In this document: positions 23,906 through 34,936 of the stretch, piece by piece | Layout: the number at the start of each line of letters is the position of its first letter | Numbering within the stretch: the first letter of the stretch is position 1 | From: Naegleria gruberi | Taxonomy: Eukaryota | Assembly: GCA_000004985.1 (NCBI GenBank) | Contig: GG738876.1 | Length of the DNA stretch: 64,000 bases | Direction: 5' to 3' (one strand) | The notes under the pieces: model-generated | What the model was told of the DNA's origin: nothing | The model's database searches: none | Seen by the model: the letters and a program-made list of their open reading frames with translations, nothing else | Made by a program: the position numbers and the translations under genes

Positions 23906-26404
23906 TTACAGATTTTGTTGAGTGTTAGCATAATTGGAGAGTTCTTCCTTTTGCTTTTCGCACAAATCAATTAATGCTTCAGTATCACGCTTATATTTTT
24001 CTTCCAGTTCTTCATTCTTCTTCTTGAGTCTTTGAATTTCTTCCCACATGTTTTTGAATTCTCTTTGGAATGTTTGAACAGTAGCTTCGTTTTTGCTTTC
24101 TGAAAGAGCCTTAATTTCTTGAAGCTTATTCATATCAGCAATAATTTCATTTGCTCTGATTTGAAGAGTATGCAAAGGTGTATAACCATAATATTCGTAT
24201 CCATTTGGATCCTTTGCATATCTAAGCCAATATGTGGACCATAACTGTATAGAACTATGTCTTAAATCTGGATATATTACATAGGTTGTATTATCAGGAT
24301 CATAGAAAGGATTAAGATAGTTGGTACCACAACCTTCATATTCAACAAGGACGTTTCTATTCAACAAGTATGTCCACATAGAATGAGTCTTTTCATAAAT
24401 CTTGTATTTGACTCTTTCTCTTTCATTATCGAAAATAAAGTTACCAAATCTACAAGAATACAAATTATCAAGGACGAAAATCAAGAAAAGTTCGTTAAAC
24501 TCAAATGCAGTTGGATGTTGACGCATCATTTGATAAACGCAATCAATAAATTGAACAAAAATAGGACCACGTTCATCAGTGTAGAAAGTTTGACGACTAC
24601 CGTGACCAATTCTCTTTTGGAACTGGTGACCAAATGCACACCATTCCTTTTCAATGAGAACAGCAAAACCTTCCATGGTTCTACAGTATGGATCTGCCAT
24701 AATTTGGAAGAGGCAAACAACTTGACTGGTTCTATCCCAACCATCAGAACAGTGAGTAAGTACAGATGTACGTTCTCTGAAAAATACATCAACACAAAAA
24801 TGGGCAGCTGTCAAAATTGAACGAATATGTTCTAACCATTGTGTGCTTTCAACCTTGCTATGCCAATTCAATTCAACACCTCCGAAATCGTGGCAAACAT
24901 CAGCCAATCTAGCAAAGGAATTTCTAACCACGTGAATATTTTCAATATTCATGAATCTAAGTTCGCAATTCTTATAATTCTTTTCATAACCAGCACCTTT
25001 AATGACACGATTAGCTTCAGCATTAGCTCTTGGACGCAAATCGACAATCATTAATCTTTGTTGAGTCTTTTCACTGGCTTGCATAATAGATTCAATAGTT
25101 CTATAATCACCAATATGCTTCTTTGTTATTTTACCAGTAAAATTAAGACCAATCATTGGTTGAGCACATCTGGTTAATGAAAGTTCAGTCTCAGGATCAT
25201 ACCAACTCAAAACTGGAATTCTGCCTCTCGATCTGAATTCTGCAGCAGCCTTAACTTCTTCATCAGATAAATTGTTTGGAACAAGGAAAAGACTTGGATA
25301 GGTGTCACAAATCTTGTAATTTTGATTCAAAGTACAAATTCTCCAGTTTTGTTTAGACATGTTAGAAGGTGGAGTTTTGATTTGTCGGTGAGAAGTATTT
25401 TGAGGTGTTACATTATTATTACTAAGAACTCCTTGTCTTGTATATTCCTTAACCAAATCGTACACTCTCCAGCCATCAACAGGTTCAGAAGATGGTGTTG
25501 GTAAAATACTTGGTATACCATTTGATGAAGATCCATTTGATGGACTTTCCACACCTGTTGGAGAAGTAGCTTCACCAATAGTATTAGTAGTAGGTGGAGG
25601 AATAGTAAGTCTATATTTGTAAGCAAAGAAATGTTCTGGATTTCTATCATCTCTAATTGTTCTGAAAATTCTTCCTCTGGTTCCTCTTGTTGGAACGAAT
25701 GCAAATTTCACATGTTGGAAATTTTTAGTGAAAATTTCAATGAGATAGGAATAGTCCTTAGTAGAATTTGTTTTACCTCCAATCTTTTCCAATTTAGAGA
25801 TGGTACATAGAGGAATATCACTTCCTTGGAATTGATGAGGAACATCATCATAGGTTGATTGTGTTGCAGGCTTGAAAATAAGTCTATAATTTGTAATGAA
25901 TAAAACACCTTGATGCCAAGCAACTCTCTGAGGTGAAGTATGTCCATTCCACTCAAACACCTGAGTATCCTTGTCGATAATTTCTTCACCAGGAAGAAGA
26001 GCAGGACTGAGAAGTACTTTGGACATTTTAACATCTTGACTCACAACGCTATTACTTTGTGTTGTTCTATTAGTTTCATAGTAATTGTTAATAATTGATG
26101 ATCCAATTATTGTATTTGATGTTCCATCATCGGTTGATGAATCGTTATTATTGGCCATGTTGCTATCACTTCTAATTGGTCGTAAATTTTCATGATGTTG
26201 TGGAAGGGTTGAAACAGATTCAGAGTGGTGAATACTAGTATTATTGTTATTGTTGTGCGTATTAGAGGTAGTACTTGATGAAAGTGGATGAATTTGTACG
26301 CCATCCTCTACGTCATCATCATTGACTGATGAATCATCTGTATTATCACCTGTTAGATTCTCGTTAACAGCCTGTTCGCTATTGGAAGCAAAAAATCTTC
26401 TCAT
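23906..26404 (-). CDS. Myotubularin-related phosphoinositide 3-phosphatase
   Basis: Single exon of 832 aa. It has a Ser/Asn-rich N-terminus, a GRAM/PH-like segment and the CX5R active site (VLTHCSDGWDRTSQV) of the myotubularin family. The SID/coiled-coil C-terminus is typical. Confidence 0.9.
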   Translation of the reverse strand: MRRFFASNSEQAVNENLTGDNTDDSSVNDDDVEDGVQIHPLSSSTTSNTHNNNNNTSIHHSESVSTLPQHHENLRPIRSDSNMANNNDSSTDDGTSNTIIGSSIINNYYETNRTTQSNSVVSQDVKMSKVLLSPALLPGEEIIDKDTQVFEWNGHTSPQRVAWHQGVLFITNYRLIFKPATQSTYDDVPHQFQGSDIPLCTISKLEKIGGKTNSTKDYSYLIEIFTKNFQHVKFAFVPTRGTRGRIFRTIRDDRNPEHFFAYKYRLTIPPPTTNTIGEATSPTGVESPSNGSSSNGIPSILPTPSSEPVDGWRVYDLVKEYTRQGVLSNNNVTPQNTSHRQIKTPPSNMSKQNWRICTLNQNYKICDTYPSLFLVPNNLSDEEVKAAAEFRSRGRIPVLSWYDPETELSLTRCAQPMIGLNFTGKITKKHIGDYRTIESIMQASEKTQQRLMIVDLRPRANAEANRVIKGAGYEKNYKNCELRFMNIENIHVVRNSFARLADVCHDFGGVELNWHSKVESTQWLEHIRSILTAAHFCVDVFFRERTSVLTHCSDGWDRTSQVVCLFQIMADPYCRTMEGFAVLIEKEWCAFGHQFQKRIGHGSRQTFYTDERGPIFVQFIDCVYQMMRQHPTAFEFNELFLIFVLDNLYSCRFGNFIFDNERERVKYKIYEKTHSMWTYLLNRNVLVEYEGCGTNYLNPFYDPDNTTYVIYPDLRHSSIQLWSTYWLRYAKDPNGYEYYGYTPLHTLQIRANEIIADMNKLQEIKALSESKNEATVQTFQREFKNMWEEIQRLKKKNEELEEKYKRDTEALIDLCEKQKEELSNYANTQQNL

Positions 26405-26844
26405 ATTTAAAGGTAATATTATATTATTATTATTATTTGTTTGAATATATTGTGATCAAATAGTTGATCCTCTACAATCGGCAACAATATGTTCCGTTAA
26501 TGAAAAAATAGTAAGAGCTTTGTTAGTAGCACTACTCAAAGAGTGATTCGAGAGAGAGATTGTAATCAAAAATGTGATGAAACACAGCAAAATTTATGTA
26601 TTAGAGAAGCAACAGCTGTGGTGAATATTTTTTCTCTTGAAAGTCCGTACAAGATTTTGTCAAACTTTTTTAACTCTTCACTTGGTTCATAAAGGAACAG
26701 TGGAGAATTATCTTGTGGGCAGTTCGTAAGGCCCTAAGAATCTAGAAAATGTTAAATATCAGCAGCTATTCCTCATTACAAACCTAATCTTCACTTCTTA
26801 GATTTTCATATTTATTTAAGGCTAAATTTCAACATTAACAAGAT

Positions 26845-26916
26845 TCCCGTGTAGTCCAATGGCTAGGATACCTGGCTTTCACCCAGGAGGTCCGGGTTCA
26901 ATTCCCGGCATGGGAG
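26845..26916 (+). tRNA. tRNA-Glu (anticodon TTC)
   Basis: A 72-nt cloverleaf: 7-bp acceptor stem (one G-U), anticodon loop CTTTCAC, T-loop GGTTCAATTCC, and a T-run (ATTTTT) within 12 nt downstream. The plus-strand track ORF 26859..27107 overlapping it is spurious. Confidence 0.9.
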
Positions 26917-26943
26917 AATCATTTTTGGATATGAACTTTGCAT

Positions 26944-27423
26944 TTACTTTATTTCAATATTTCGATCTTTATAGATTTTCTCTATCATTTCAATACACTC
27001 AGCAACAGTCTTTGACCATGCCTTTCCTGAATCCTCTTTCCAATATTTATATCCTTCAATTGTTTCATTGGCAGGCTTTTCAGTACAATGTCCAATTAAT
27101 TCAGTAATGTCCTGTTCAAAATATTCTCTTTCAAATGGTAAATGGTAAATTATAATGTTCTTTCCAGAAAAATTTAATCCATCAACTGTAATGTGAATTA
27201 TATCTTTTCCATTAATATGGTCTATTTTGTAAATAATTAATCGAGAGGATGTATCTTGAGGTCTGTGGTGATAAGACCAGATTTGCCCTTCTTTTAATTC
27301 TTTCAATTTGACAGATTCAGCCCTTGACAAGTTTCGAATAGTTGAATATTTTGAAGAAGCGGAAATACTGGTAAATGTCTTGGGAATGGATTGTGTGAGA
27401 ATAGAACGACGAAGTGAAAGCAT
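26944..27423 (-). CDS. Hypothetical small protein (159 aa) with an N-terminal mitochondrial-presequence-like segment
   Basis: ATG-initiated ORF. MLSLRRSILTQSIPKTFTSISASSKYS is basic, hydroxylated and amphipathic, like a matrix-targeting signal. It sits between tRNA-Glu and the 5S gene. Function unknown. Confidence 0.45.
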   Translation of the reverse strand: MLSLRRSILTQSIPKTFTSISASSKYSTIRNLSRAESVKLKELKEGQIWSYHHRPQDTSSRLIIYKIDHINGKDIIHITVDGLNFSGKNIIIYHLPFEREYFEQDITELIGHCTEKPANETIEGYKYWKEDSGKAWSKTVAECIEMIEKIYKDRNIEIK

Positions 27424-27527
27424 TTTTTGAACAGATTTTAGTCTTTAATTTTCAAATCAAAATGATTTTTCACATCACGAACAAACAGAATTAGTCAAGT
27501 TGATATTTCACAATTTAAGGCATTGAA

Positions 27528-27646
27528 TGGCTACGGCCATATCACGATGAATGCACCTCATCCCGTCCGATTTGAGAAGTTAAGCATCGTCGAGCCACAT
27601 CAGTACTGAGGTTGGAGACAACTTGGGAACCTGTGGTGCTGTAGTC
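27528..27646 (+). rRNA. 5S ribosomal RNA
   Basis: A 119-nt sequence GGCTACGGCCATATCAC...GGTTGGAGACAAC...GGTGCTGTAGTC aligns along its whole length to eukaryotic 5S rRNA (box A, box C, loop E region). It is immediately followed by a TTTTTGTTTTTT Pol III terminator. Confidence 0.9.
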
Positions 27647-27869
27647 TTTTTGTTTTTTAAAATTCTCTTTTTCTAAATCCAGTTTCCCACATTCTTTCCA
27701 AACAGCTTCATTGAGCAGCACTGCTCATCATAAATAATGATTAATTAAGATTCGCTACATGTTCAATATCAATAGTTAGAATTTATTAAAATACCACAAA
27801 CATTTTGTCATTCTTCACTTCACAACAAACAGAATAAATACTATGTTCCGTATGCAGTATCTCAAAACC

Positions 27870-28060
27870 ATCTTTCTCGGCCAATTGGCTTTGATCGAGT
27901 GAAGTATCTGTTCTTTTCAGTTTAATAGCTGAAAGCAGCCACGGGTTGCCTTACTATTAACTCAATTTTTTGTAGGGATCAGGGTTTGAGCTTAATTGCT
28001 CACTTTGATTTGGTTTCAATCAGACATTGCACAAACCGTCAGATTAGGAGCCACCTAACT
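27870..28060 (+). ncRNA. U2 spliceosomal snRNA
   Basis: The 5' end ATCTTTCTCGGCCAATTGGCTTTGATCGAGTGAAGTATCTGTTCTTTTCAGTTTAATAGCTGAAA matches the universally conserved U2 5' domain (U6-interacting region, branch-point-recognition sequence GUAGUA present as GAAGTA, stem-loop IIa). An Sm site AATTTTTTG lies at about 27962-27974. The 3' end is approximate. Confidence 0.8.
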
Positions 28061-28138
28061 CTTTTAAATAATTGAAAAATCATTGCTCAAAGACACAATC
28101 AGACCAAAATTGAGATTTGAAAATTTTATAAATGTGGG

Positions 28139-29749
28139 TTAGAATGTTAAATACTTATCAATTTTAGTGATCATTATTTTCATAGGATTGGAATTCTTGT
28201 ACGCGCCACATTGTTTAACAATGGAATTTATCAATTGTCTGAATCCATTCCTCTCCATTTCATACTTAAGCTTCTCCTCTCCAAGGGTTTTCTTTAGACT
28301 GTCCATGCTAGATTGGAAAATGGAAAATTTCACCTTTTTATCAGTCAATGAGTAACACTTGCATCTGGGATCAAACTCAACGACTTGACTTAAAATCTTT
28401 GTAAAAATTGTTCCATTATCACAAACTAGTTCCAAAGTTTTGCTAAATTCATCCTTTTCCAACATCTTTTCGAATAGCTCAGTTTTTTGAGAAAATATGA
28501 CAAGAAATTCTTCCAATAGCTCATTTTCTTTCTCAATCTGTAAGGATTTCGTAGTAAGAAAACAATCATAAATCTTTACAAATGATTCCAAGGCAATAGA
28601 TTTACAACTGGTAAGATTATTTTGCACATTTACAGATAAAAGCTCCATCATATATAATATATTGTGCTTTTTGAAAGGGGAGCCAACAGAATTGAGAAAT
28701 CTAATGATAAGCTTCAATAAATCTTCCAAACAATCATTCTTGTCAAAAAATTCCAAGTGTTTAAAATATACTGAAATCATATCTTTCACCACAATCCAAA
28801 TTAAAGTTGATTTTTGATAATTGTTTGGTATTGAATCGGCAAGTTTTTGAATTCTTTCAAAATCTCTCCTAACAAATATTGATTCAATGAAACCATATTC
28901 ACCAGCAAATAATCTCAGTAGGGTTTCTGATTTTTTAGTTTCGTCCAACCTGTCGTTATCAGTAATTGTATACCGTATAATCTTGTCAATTAAAGGGTCA
29001 TTCTTGTCCGCGAGTAGCTCAACAAATGCTAAAATCATACATAATCGTGTCATTCCAGTGGTTGTTAATTGAACATCCACAAACTTTCTATCAAATATTG
29101 CACGAATCAATTGAGAAATTCTTTGATTTTTCTCATTAGAATCTACACATCCATTCTTTGTAATATATTCGATTTGGTTTGGAAAATTAGATTTCAAAAC
29201 GTGATAACAATTCTCCATTATTCTTGAAGCATTCTTGGAATCTTGAGTCAAACTTGGAATTCTATCCAATCTGGAACGAAACCTTTCCAATTCAATTTCA
29301 GAATCATTTTCTCCATTGATCAAACTTTCAAAATAATGACACAGTCGAATATCTAGTTTAAAAAATCGAATAAATGTTTTTGCATCATTCATCATACTAA
29401 ATAATTTTCTAATTTTCTGCATATTTCCTTCCACCAAATCTAATCCATTATTCGAAACATTCCTCTCTGTTCCATAAATTACACAATATTCACAATTTTC
29501 TATAATCATGTGCCACATGTTTTTCATGACCAACGATAAATCATCATTCATCAAGATATCATAAAAAAGGTTCTTGTTGATTAACATGTAGTTTTGTAAT
29601 TCTTCAAATTGTTGGTAGAGTTCGATGGAATGGTAAAATCGATATGTGTTGGTTAGTGGTGTGGTCAATTCAAAGGGAGAGAGGTACCTAAAGATGCAAT
29701 AGCGTATTTCTGGAGGTAAATCCAGCAAGGTCATTGTATCTTCTTTCAT
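28139..29749 (-). CDS. F-box domain protein (536 aa)
   Basis: The N-terminal LLDLPPEIRYCIFRYLSPFEL is a canonical F-box (LPxEI...I..L). The rest is helical/leucine-rich without a second recognisable domain. Single exon. Confidence 0.7.
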   Translation of the reverse strand: MKEDTMTLLDLPPEIRYCIFRYLSPFELTTPLTNTYRFYHSIELYQQFEELQNYMLINKNLFYDILMNDDLSLVMKNMWHMIIENCEYCVIYGTERNVSNNGLDLVEGNMQKIRKLFSMMNDAKTFIRFFKLDIRLCHYFESLINGENDSEIELERFRSRLDRIPSLTQDSKNASRIMENCYHVLKSNFPNQIEYITKNGCVDSNEKNQRISQLIRAIFDRKFVDVQLTTTGMTRLCMILAFVELLADKNDPLIDKIIRYTITDNDRLDETKKSETLLRLFAGEYGFIESIFVRRDFERIQKLADSIPNNYQKSTLIWIVVKDMISVYFKHLEFFDKNDCLEDLLKLIIRFLNSVGSPFKKHNILYMMELLSVNVQNNLTSCKSIALESFVKIYDCFLTTKSLQIEKENELLEEFLVIFSQKTELFEKMLEKDEFSKTLELVCDNGTIFTKILSQVVEFDPRCKCYSLTDKKVKFSIFQSSMDSLKKTLGEEKLKYEMERNGFRQLINSIVKQCGAYKNSNPMKIMITKIDKYLTF

Positions 29750-29833
29750 TTTTTTTTATTCGAATCTGTGTGCATTTTCTAGTTTGACAAAGCTTGTTCG
29801 AAACTGTTAATAATATGGGACATTGGCAGTTTA

Positions 29834-32800
29834 TTACTGATTATATTCCAATAACTCATCTTGCAAAGTATATAATTGTTGAGCTAATTCTTCAATACTT
29901 GGTCTCTCCTTTGGATTGTGATCCCAACATCTTTTAATGAGCTTGGTCAACTCATACACAATAGCAAAATCAGCTGATTCATCCTCCATAAACATTTCAC
30001 ACCACTCCTCACACGAATCCAAAGATTCGAATGGTATAATTGGCCTTAAATTCTTTTCACAGACCATTCTAGATAACTTGTAAGGTGACATGTACTCTGG
30101 TTTAGTTTCCAATCCTAATTTTTCCAAAACTGAGGGAATTCCACTCATATACGGATCTCTCACTTCAAATAAGAGTTGCCACATGATTATTGACAGACTG
30201 TAAATATCGACAGCAGTTGCATTTTCTGGATCAATTGACTGAATATCATTCATTTCTGGACTCATGTAAAAAACTGATCCAATATTATTAGTAATTGAAT
30301 TTTTGGTTCCTTGTGATAATAATCTACTCAATCCAAAATCACAAACTTTACAATTTTCATTCGAATCTAATAGAATATTTTGTGGTTTCAAATCTCTATT
30401 TCAAAAAATTAAAAAATCTCAATTCAAAACTTGAACACACATACCTATGAATAATCTTTCTCGGTTTCAAATTGTGTAAATATTCCACACCATTCGAAAT
30501 GGAAATTAACATTTTAATCTTTTCCACAAGTGGAAGGGCCAATGTTTTGGATTCCAATTTTAAAATTACCTTATCCAAACTTTGTTCCAAACATTCCATG
30601 ACAATGTATCGTTTCGTTGGTGAGGTAGAAACTCCATAAAAATTGATAATATTTGGATGTCGGAGTTTGCTTAATAAAATTGCTTCCACTCTGAAATCTT
30701 CCTCTGAAATATTGACATTATTCAAATCAAAGACTTTGACAGCAACAATCATTCCAGACCACATGGTTTGATAGACACTCCCTACTCCGCCCTCACCCAA
30801 TCTTTTCATTGGTTTTTCCATTCCTAATTTTTGAAGTGGAATGATAAAATCATTTTCTTTGAGTTCCTCAGCAATTGGTTCCAAATGATACGAGTTGATA
30901 ATGAGTCTTTCATCCAATGCCAAGTCAACTTGAATAATCTTTCGTTGGGCTCTATTCTTCTTAATAAGTATGGAGCTGAAAAAGGTAATGGCCACAACGA
31001 GTGCAATGCAAAGGAATAGCACAGCAATGAAACTCACAATAAAGGCAATGATTTGTCCACCATCTTGACAATTATTTCCAGAATATCCAAAATTACATTC
31101 ACAATCTCCTGTAGTTTTGCAAACTCCTCTTCCATAACAAACATGTGGATCCTTTTCGCTGATTCCAGAACATGAACTGAGCTGGCACTCCTCTCCAATG
31201 AAACTTCCCTTACATGAGCACTTGTTTCTCGAGGTGCAAATTCCACGTTCGCTTCCTCCACACGAATCTCCAATTAGTTTGGAGAAACAAATTGCATTTT
31301 CACATTGGAAACCATAATAACCATCATTGCATCGACATGAATCAGGTTCACTACAGGTTCCATTATTATTGGAGCATACTTGAGAATTGTTTGCTGTAAT
31401 TCCATAACAAATTGGAATTTCACATTGACTGCCCGTGTATTTTTCTTGACATTGACACTTGTTTGGTGACACACAAGCACCATGGTTGTGACAAACTGAC
31501 AAGGTTTCATTATCAGGAATCCCAAAGCATACAGCCAAACATTCAGTTCTATTAGAATCTAATTGATAACCCTCATTACACATTGGAGTTAATCTCATAA
31601 TGGTATCGTACAATGCAAGGTAAATTGTGTTATCGCTAGTGACCTGAATATCTGAAAGGATGCCATCATGATTAACTGTTGTTCTAATTTTCCCTTTGGA
31701 AACAATTCTAAGCATATAATTAAGCGTGTCACCAATCACCAAGTCTCCATTACTAAGGAAGGAGACAGCTCTTGGGTAGGATAATTTAACTTGTAGAGGA
31801 TCAGTGCCAGAACTGAAACCTTCCTCTCCAGATCCAGCAATTGTAGAAATTTCATAATGATCATCTTTTTTAGTCAACTTTCTAATACGATGATTACTCG
31901 TGTCTGAAAAAACAATATCCTTAGTTATTGGATTTATGGCTAATCCAGTTGGTGATCTTAGATTTGCTAAAATACCAATGCTGCCATCACCTGAAAATCC
32001 AAACTTTCCAGTTCCAGCTATTGTTCGAATTATACCACTATTATCAACTAATCTTATTCGATTCGTATTCGATTCGGATATTACCAGTTCATTATTGGAT
32101 GTTTTAACCATTTTAGCTGGATAAACATTAGCATTATAAACACTCATTCCATCACCAATTCCTCCAACTGGGGTTAACAATAGAGTGTCCAACTTTCGTA
32201 TATTATTATTCTCTGTAAAGAAGAAACTTCCATCACTTACTATTGAGCAAACACCAAATGGAAATCCAATAGTATTGCCATCATCATTAGAAACCTTTGA
32301 ATAAATGAATCCAGTCCGTGAAACAAAACGAATCCTATTATTATACGAATCTGCAATTAAAAAACCATTGGAATGAACTGTTATCGATGTTGGATTGAAT
32401 AATTTGGCTGTTTTAGCCGTAATTCCATCTCCATTATATCCTGCCACAGTTGTCCCAGCCAAAGTACTAATTGTTCCTTCAGGAATCAAAAAACCTTGAG
32501 AATCTTGTTTCACATTTTGATATTTCACCTGGAGAATTCGATGATTTGATGAATCTATATGAAAAAAAATTGAACAAATTAGAATTGAATGAGACTTGAA
32601 TGAAATAACATACCAGCAATGTAAATATCATAAAAAAAGAATCCATTTCGTATAACTTCAATTCCAGAAGGTGAATTGAGCTCTGTTTGTCTTGGATTAT
32701 TTTCCACAATGGTAGAACCTGACGAACCCAATCCAACAAGTGTAGAAACTGTGGATGCATTGGTGTAGGGCACAATTCTAACTCTATGATTAAGGGTATC

Positions 32801-34796
32801 AGATATCAAGATTCCAATTCTTTTACTTGTAGCATACTGTGGAGAATTCAAATGAGTATTAAGGGGATGAAGAGAATCTCCATTGAATCCAGCAATTCCA
32901 GTTCCTACTATAGTGTTGATTATTCCATCTTTCGTAATTTTTCTAATTCTATGATTTCCAGTATCTGCTATCAATAGAAAATCATCAGATTTATCATAGT
33001 AAACAGAATAGGGTCTATTTAATTGAGCATGGATTGCTAAATTACCATCTCCTCCATAACCTGGCTCTCCTGTTCCAGCTACCAATTGAACCTGCAAAGT
33101 AGATGGATTATATTCTAATATTCTATGATTATCAGTGTCTGTTTGACATTTTTGAATTGCAAGGAACACATGTGAAAGACTTACCTGCAATGTATATTTG
33201 AGTAAAATCTGTAGAGCAGTGAATACCCATTGGATTATTAAGAATGATTCTGGAAGCATTCGTATTGGCGAATAGTCTGTCAGAAGTTATGGAACCTGCA
33301 TACATGCAATTGTTTCCGTTGGTATTTAACGAAAATTGTTGTAAATTAAACTTTAGTCCCACATTGCTTGCCACGAGGAGTTTTTCATTATTAAGAATTA
33401 GACCACTTGGGTTTTCTATTGTGGAAATTACATTTGTGGAGGCACCAGGAACAGTACATGATTCGTTCGAAATCTTATTAGAAAGTGAATATTTCACAAC
33501 TTGGTTTGTATCAATATTCAATACATTAATTTTCAATTTCTTGGTCAAATCATCTGCAATGTACAATAATCTACTTGTTTCATTGAGAGTCATTGCAGAA
33601 ATTGAATTAAATCTCATAAATTTTCCATCAATAAAATCAGAAAAAGATCCATATTCACAATCGTATAAACGAGTGAGCTCTCCACTCACCAAATCCACTC
33701 TACCAATCATACAAATGTCATTCACATAATTTCCAGAGAATAAATTAACATCAGTACTGACATACTGAGCCAAATTCACAAATGATGAAATAATTCCATC
33801 CTTAATTTTCAACAATTGACTGCCAAGTGAAACCAAAATCGTTCCATCACTTGTTACTGAAATTCCAGCTGCATCATTCAAGGAAGCATTAATTGCTAGT
33901 CCATTCACTTGATACTGAGTTCCTCCCTTAAATTCTCTTCCACTAATAACTGTCAACCAACCACTTTTCATTTCAATTTTAAAAGTGGAAAATGAATCAA
34001 TCACAAAAAGGTAATTCTCCATTCCAACAATTTTCTTTGGACTACTCAAAACTGTTTCATTGGCAAAACCATCTAATTTAGTTTGAGTTACTAAACCATC
34101 ACTACCAGCAAATGTTGAAATTATTCCATCCAAGCCAATTCTTCTAATTCTATAATCTGTATAATCACAAACAAAGACAATTCCATTTTGGTCAACCCAC
34201 AAGGAATTAATCGAAAGAAACCTAGCTTTCGTAGCTAATCCTCCATCCCCTCTCTCTAATGCTCCAAAATATCCTGCAAAAACACTGACTAATCCATCAT
34301 TGTCAATTTTAATAATTTGCTTGAATCCAGAAACATAAATCGTCTTGTTTCCACTTGTCAAATCTTCCAAAACATAAAAATAGGAAAGTGGGTAGTAGAG
34401 ATTGGTTGCTTTGGTATCGTTTTTCTTCTCCAGACTGTCTGCAGTATCACACCTTTCGAATACAGAATCCTCACATCCCATGAGTGTAATAATTTCTCCA
34501 GTTTTCTGATTAAATTGAATGATTTTTACTGCAGTAGCAATGTAGAGGATAGCAGAGTTGATGAGAGACTGTTGACCTGAGCTGAAACTGTAATTATATT
34601 TGGGGCCACCTGCAATTATTTCTTGTTTAAATTCTAATGGAGCTTCTTCCGAGTTTCGAATAATGAAGAGTAGACAAGAAAACAGTAGAAGCAGTACTGC
34701 CATCGATGGCAGCTTTGTGTGTTTCCTACAGAAGCCGGATAAACATTTGAGCATATTTTTTCTTTTAAGCAAAGATATTCTTCTGTTGTCGGACAT
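29834..34796 (-). CDS. Receptor protein kinase: signal peptide, NHL-repeat beta-propeller ectodomain, EGF/tenascin-like Cys-rich repeats, one TM helix and a TKL-type Ser/Thr kinase
   Basis: join(34796..33184, 33137..32613, 32553..30445, 30395..29834) on the minus strand, about 1600 aa. The introns are 33138..33183 (46 nt), 32554..32612 (59 nt) and 30396..30444 (49 nt). All are GTAAGT/GTATGT..AG with phase conserved. The ectodomain has many NHL-type units (..GxxGxxGf.GDGG.A..A.L..P.gv..D..GN..IaD..NHRIRki). It is followed by about 4 EGF-like Cys-rich modules, the TM segment IIAFIVSFIAVLFLCIALVVAITFF, and a kinase with GEGGVGSV, VAVK, HRDLKPQN (split by the last intron) and DFG. Confidence 0.8.
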
Positions 34797-34936
34797 TTCT
34801 TTTAATTGGTCACTGTCGCCAAATATTCTGAAAACGGAACTAAAATAATTTCCAAAACCTTAAGGTTATGGAATTAATTAAAAAATTACATGTAATTAGT
34901 TTTAATTTGCTATCATTTTATTTACAAGTTCTTAAA

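Noticed and set aside
26859-27107. 82-aa plus-strand ORF from the ORF track
   Set aside because: It begins inside and overlaps the tRNA-Glu gene (26845-26916), and is antisense to the better-supported 159-aa ORF. It is a chance ORF.
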